In this document: positions 62,621-64,000 of the stretch, one piece after another
How the letters are laid out: the number at the start of each line of letters is the position of its first letter
Numbering within the stretch: position 1 is the stretch's first letter
Source of the DNA: Dimorphilus gyrociliatus
Taxonomy: Eukaryota > Animalia > Annelida
Direction of reading: 5' to 3'
DNA: 64,000 nucleotides
Assembly (NCBI GenBank): GCA_904063045.1
Contig: CAJFCJ010000015.1
Coordinates: forward strand, 1,361,423 to 1,425,422
Notes under the pieces: model-generated
The model's database searches: none
The model's input: the letters and a program-made list of their open reading frames with translations, nothing else
Told to the model about the DNA's origin: nothing
Translations under genes and position numbers: made by a program

Positions 62621-64000
62621 CACACACTCGTTCAATGGGTCGGTCGTCAGTTTCGTTCGTTAGTACTATACACAGACTTTTGTGTACAGATTGACATCTT
62701 TGTGAGATAATTGGGAGAGATAGAGTGAAAAAAAAGAAAACAAGAAAAGGCAGATAGGGTCTAATTAATGAATTTTTAGGGTATATTTCGCGGGATCTAG
62801 TAGAATGATAAAAAAAATAAAGGGTAAAAAGGCGTATGGTAAAAAGTTGATCAGAAACAAACGTTGTAGAGAAAGGCATCGGAAAAAGAATATGTCAAGC
62901 GCAAGGCTTCGATTAATCAGTCCGGCGGCTTTATTTCTTCGCATATTAATGTACGAATGCGTATGAAAAAGGAGAAAAGGAGACGCCTCTGGCACTCCAA
63001 CAAGAAGGTAGTTGATTAGCCGGCTATCGTCCATCGCGTCCATCCAACAAGTGGCCATTAGTAGCTGGCCGTCGTCGCCTTATAAATGTCAAGCGTCTAA
63101 ATAAGCTGGGTGGCGTCTTAAACTGGCCGTTGGCCGCCAACCGGGCGGAAGGGCGAGTGTAATGAGCCGGAAACGTTAACAGGCCGCGATTTAAAAGGAA
63201 ACGCTCTGTTTAGTTTCTCTATATGTAACGACGCTACCTTAATAAACATGAAAGAAACAAGAAAACACAGAGAACGACGACTGATTTGATTAACGCTAGT
63301 AGCGTGTTGTGGCGTGACCATTGTATTAGACGCCCTGATTAGCAACGCTGCAGGCAAACGTTGTTTTCTTGACCAATTTAACATCGATGTCGTAAGAGTG
63401 TCGGTTCCAATTACAGCAATCTGGCCGCATCCGCCTCTGGGCTTATATATGTAGAAACAAACTAGACTCTAGGTACAACGGAAAAAAACAGTTCTCAAAC
63501 GTAAATAAGACGCTATTATTAGACTATGAAAGCTTTTATAACGATAATTTACTAAGCGGAGAGGATTAGCGAATGGGCGTGAAAAATTGAATACGTGCTG
63601 GACATTGGCTATCTTTGTCCAAAGATATTGCCATTAGCTTAATGAAGCCGCTCTAATCGAGAGAAAGCTATCCCTTCTTTCACTAAGCGCACGTTTCGAC
63701 TTGACATTACTTTCATAGAGGGCGCCACCCTCCGGAACGAAGAAAAAGCTTCGAAAATTGGGAAAAAACGACGGACGTCGTTCCCAGGGCGTTACTGCCT
63801 CGATGAACTCAGCGTCGGAACGAATTTAAGCAATTATTGCGCAAAAAAGGGAAAGAAGGGAGTACTACACTTCTTAGGATATGCTGAGGAATTAAAAGGA
63901 AGAAGATGTGCACCTGTTCAGGGCCAAAGGTTCCGTATTTCGGTCACTGTCTGCGCGTCACCTACGCTTTCCATATCCAATTACAAAATAGTTTTTGCAG

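Overview
Eukaryotic (bilaterian, probably lophotrochozoan) genomic DNA with very compact gene packing: most introns are about 55-150 bp and intergenic gaps are often only 100-400 bp. This is reminiscent of the miniaturised annelid Dimorphilus gyrociliatus, but the species call is inference only. Genes, left to right: (1) the 3' portion of a nesprin-1/SYNE1/MSP-300-type giant spectrin-repeat protein. It includes an exon of at least 11.5 kb, already open at base 1, made of two arrays of a related 72-73-aa acidic repeat, and it ends in a non-canonical KASH tail. (2) Rab1 (-). (3) Tryptophan 2,3-dioxygenase. (4) Adenylate kinase 7. (5) An LRRC74-like LRR/EF-hand protein. (6) A stomatin/MEC-2-like protein. 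(7) A PHOSPHO1/2-type HAD phosphatase (-). (8) Selenoprotein T (-), with an in-frame UGA, a textbook type-2 SECIS and a perfect hairpin just after the UGA. (9) BTBD10/KCTD20. (10) RRP15. (11) An unassigned minus-strand locus with two overlapping reading frames. (12) BCL11 (MSRRKQ NuRD motif, CCHC finger plus 6 zinc fingers), whose two introns (7.7 and 5.9 kb) form a motif-rich regulatory landscape. I could not support any tRNA, rRNA, CRISPR array or transposon. All exon structures were reconstructed by hand from GT-AG signals, phase continuity and remembered family motifs; no database search was run.
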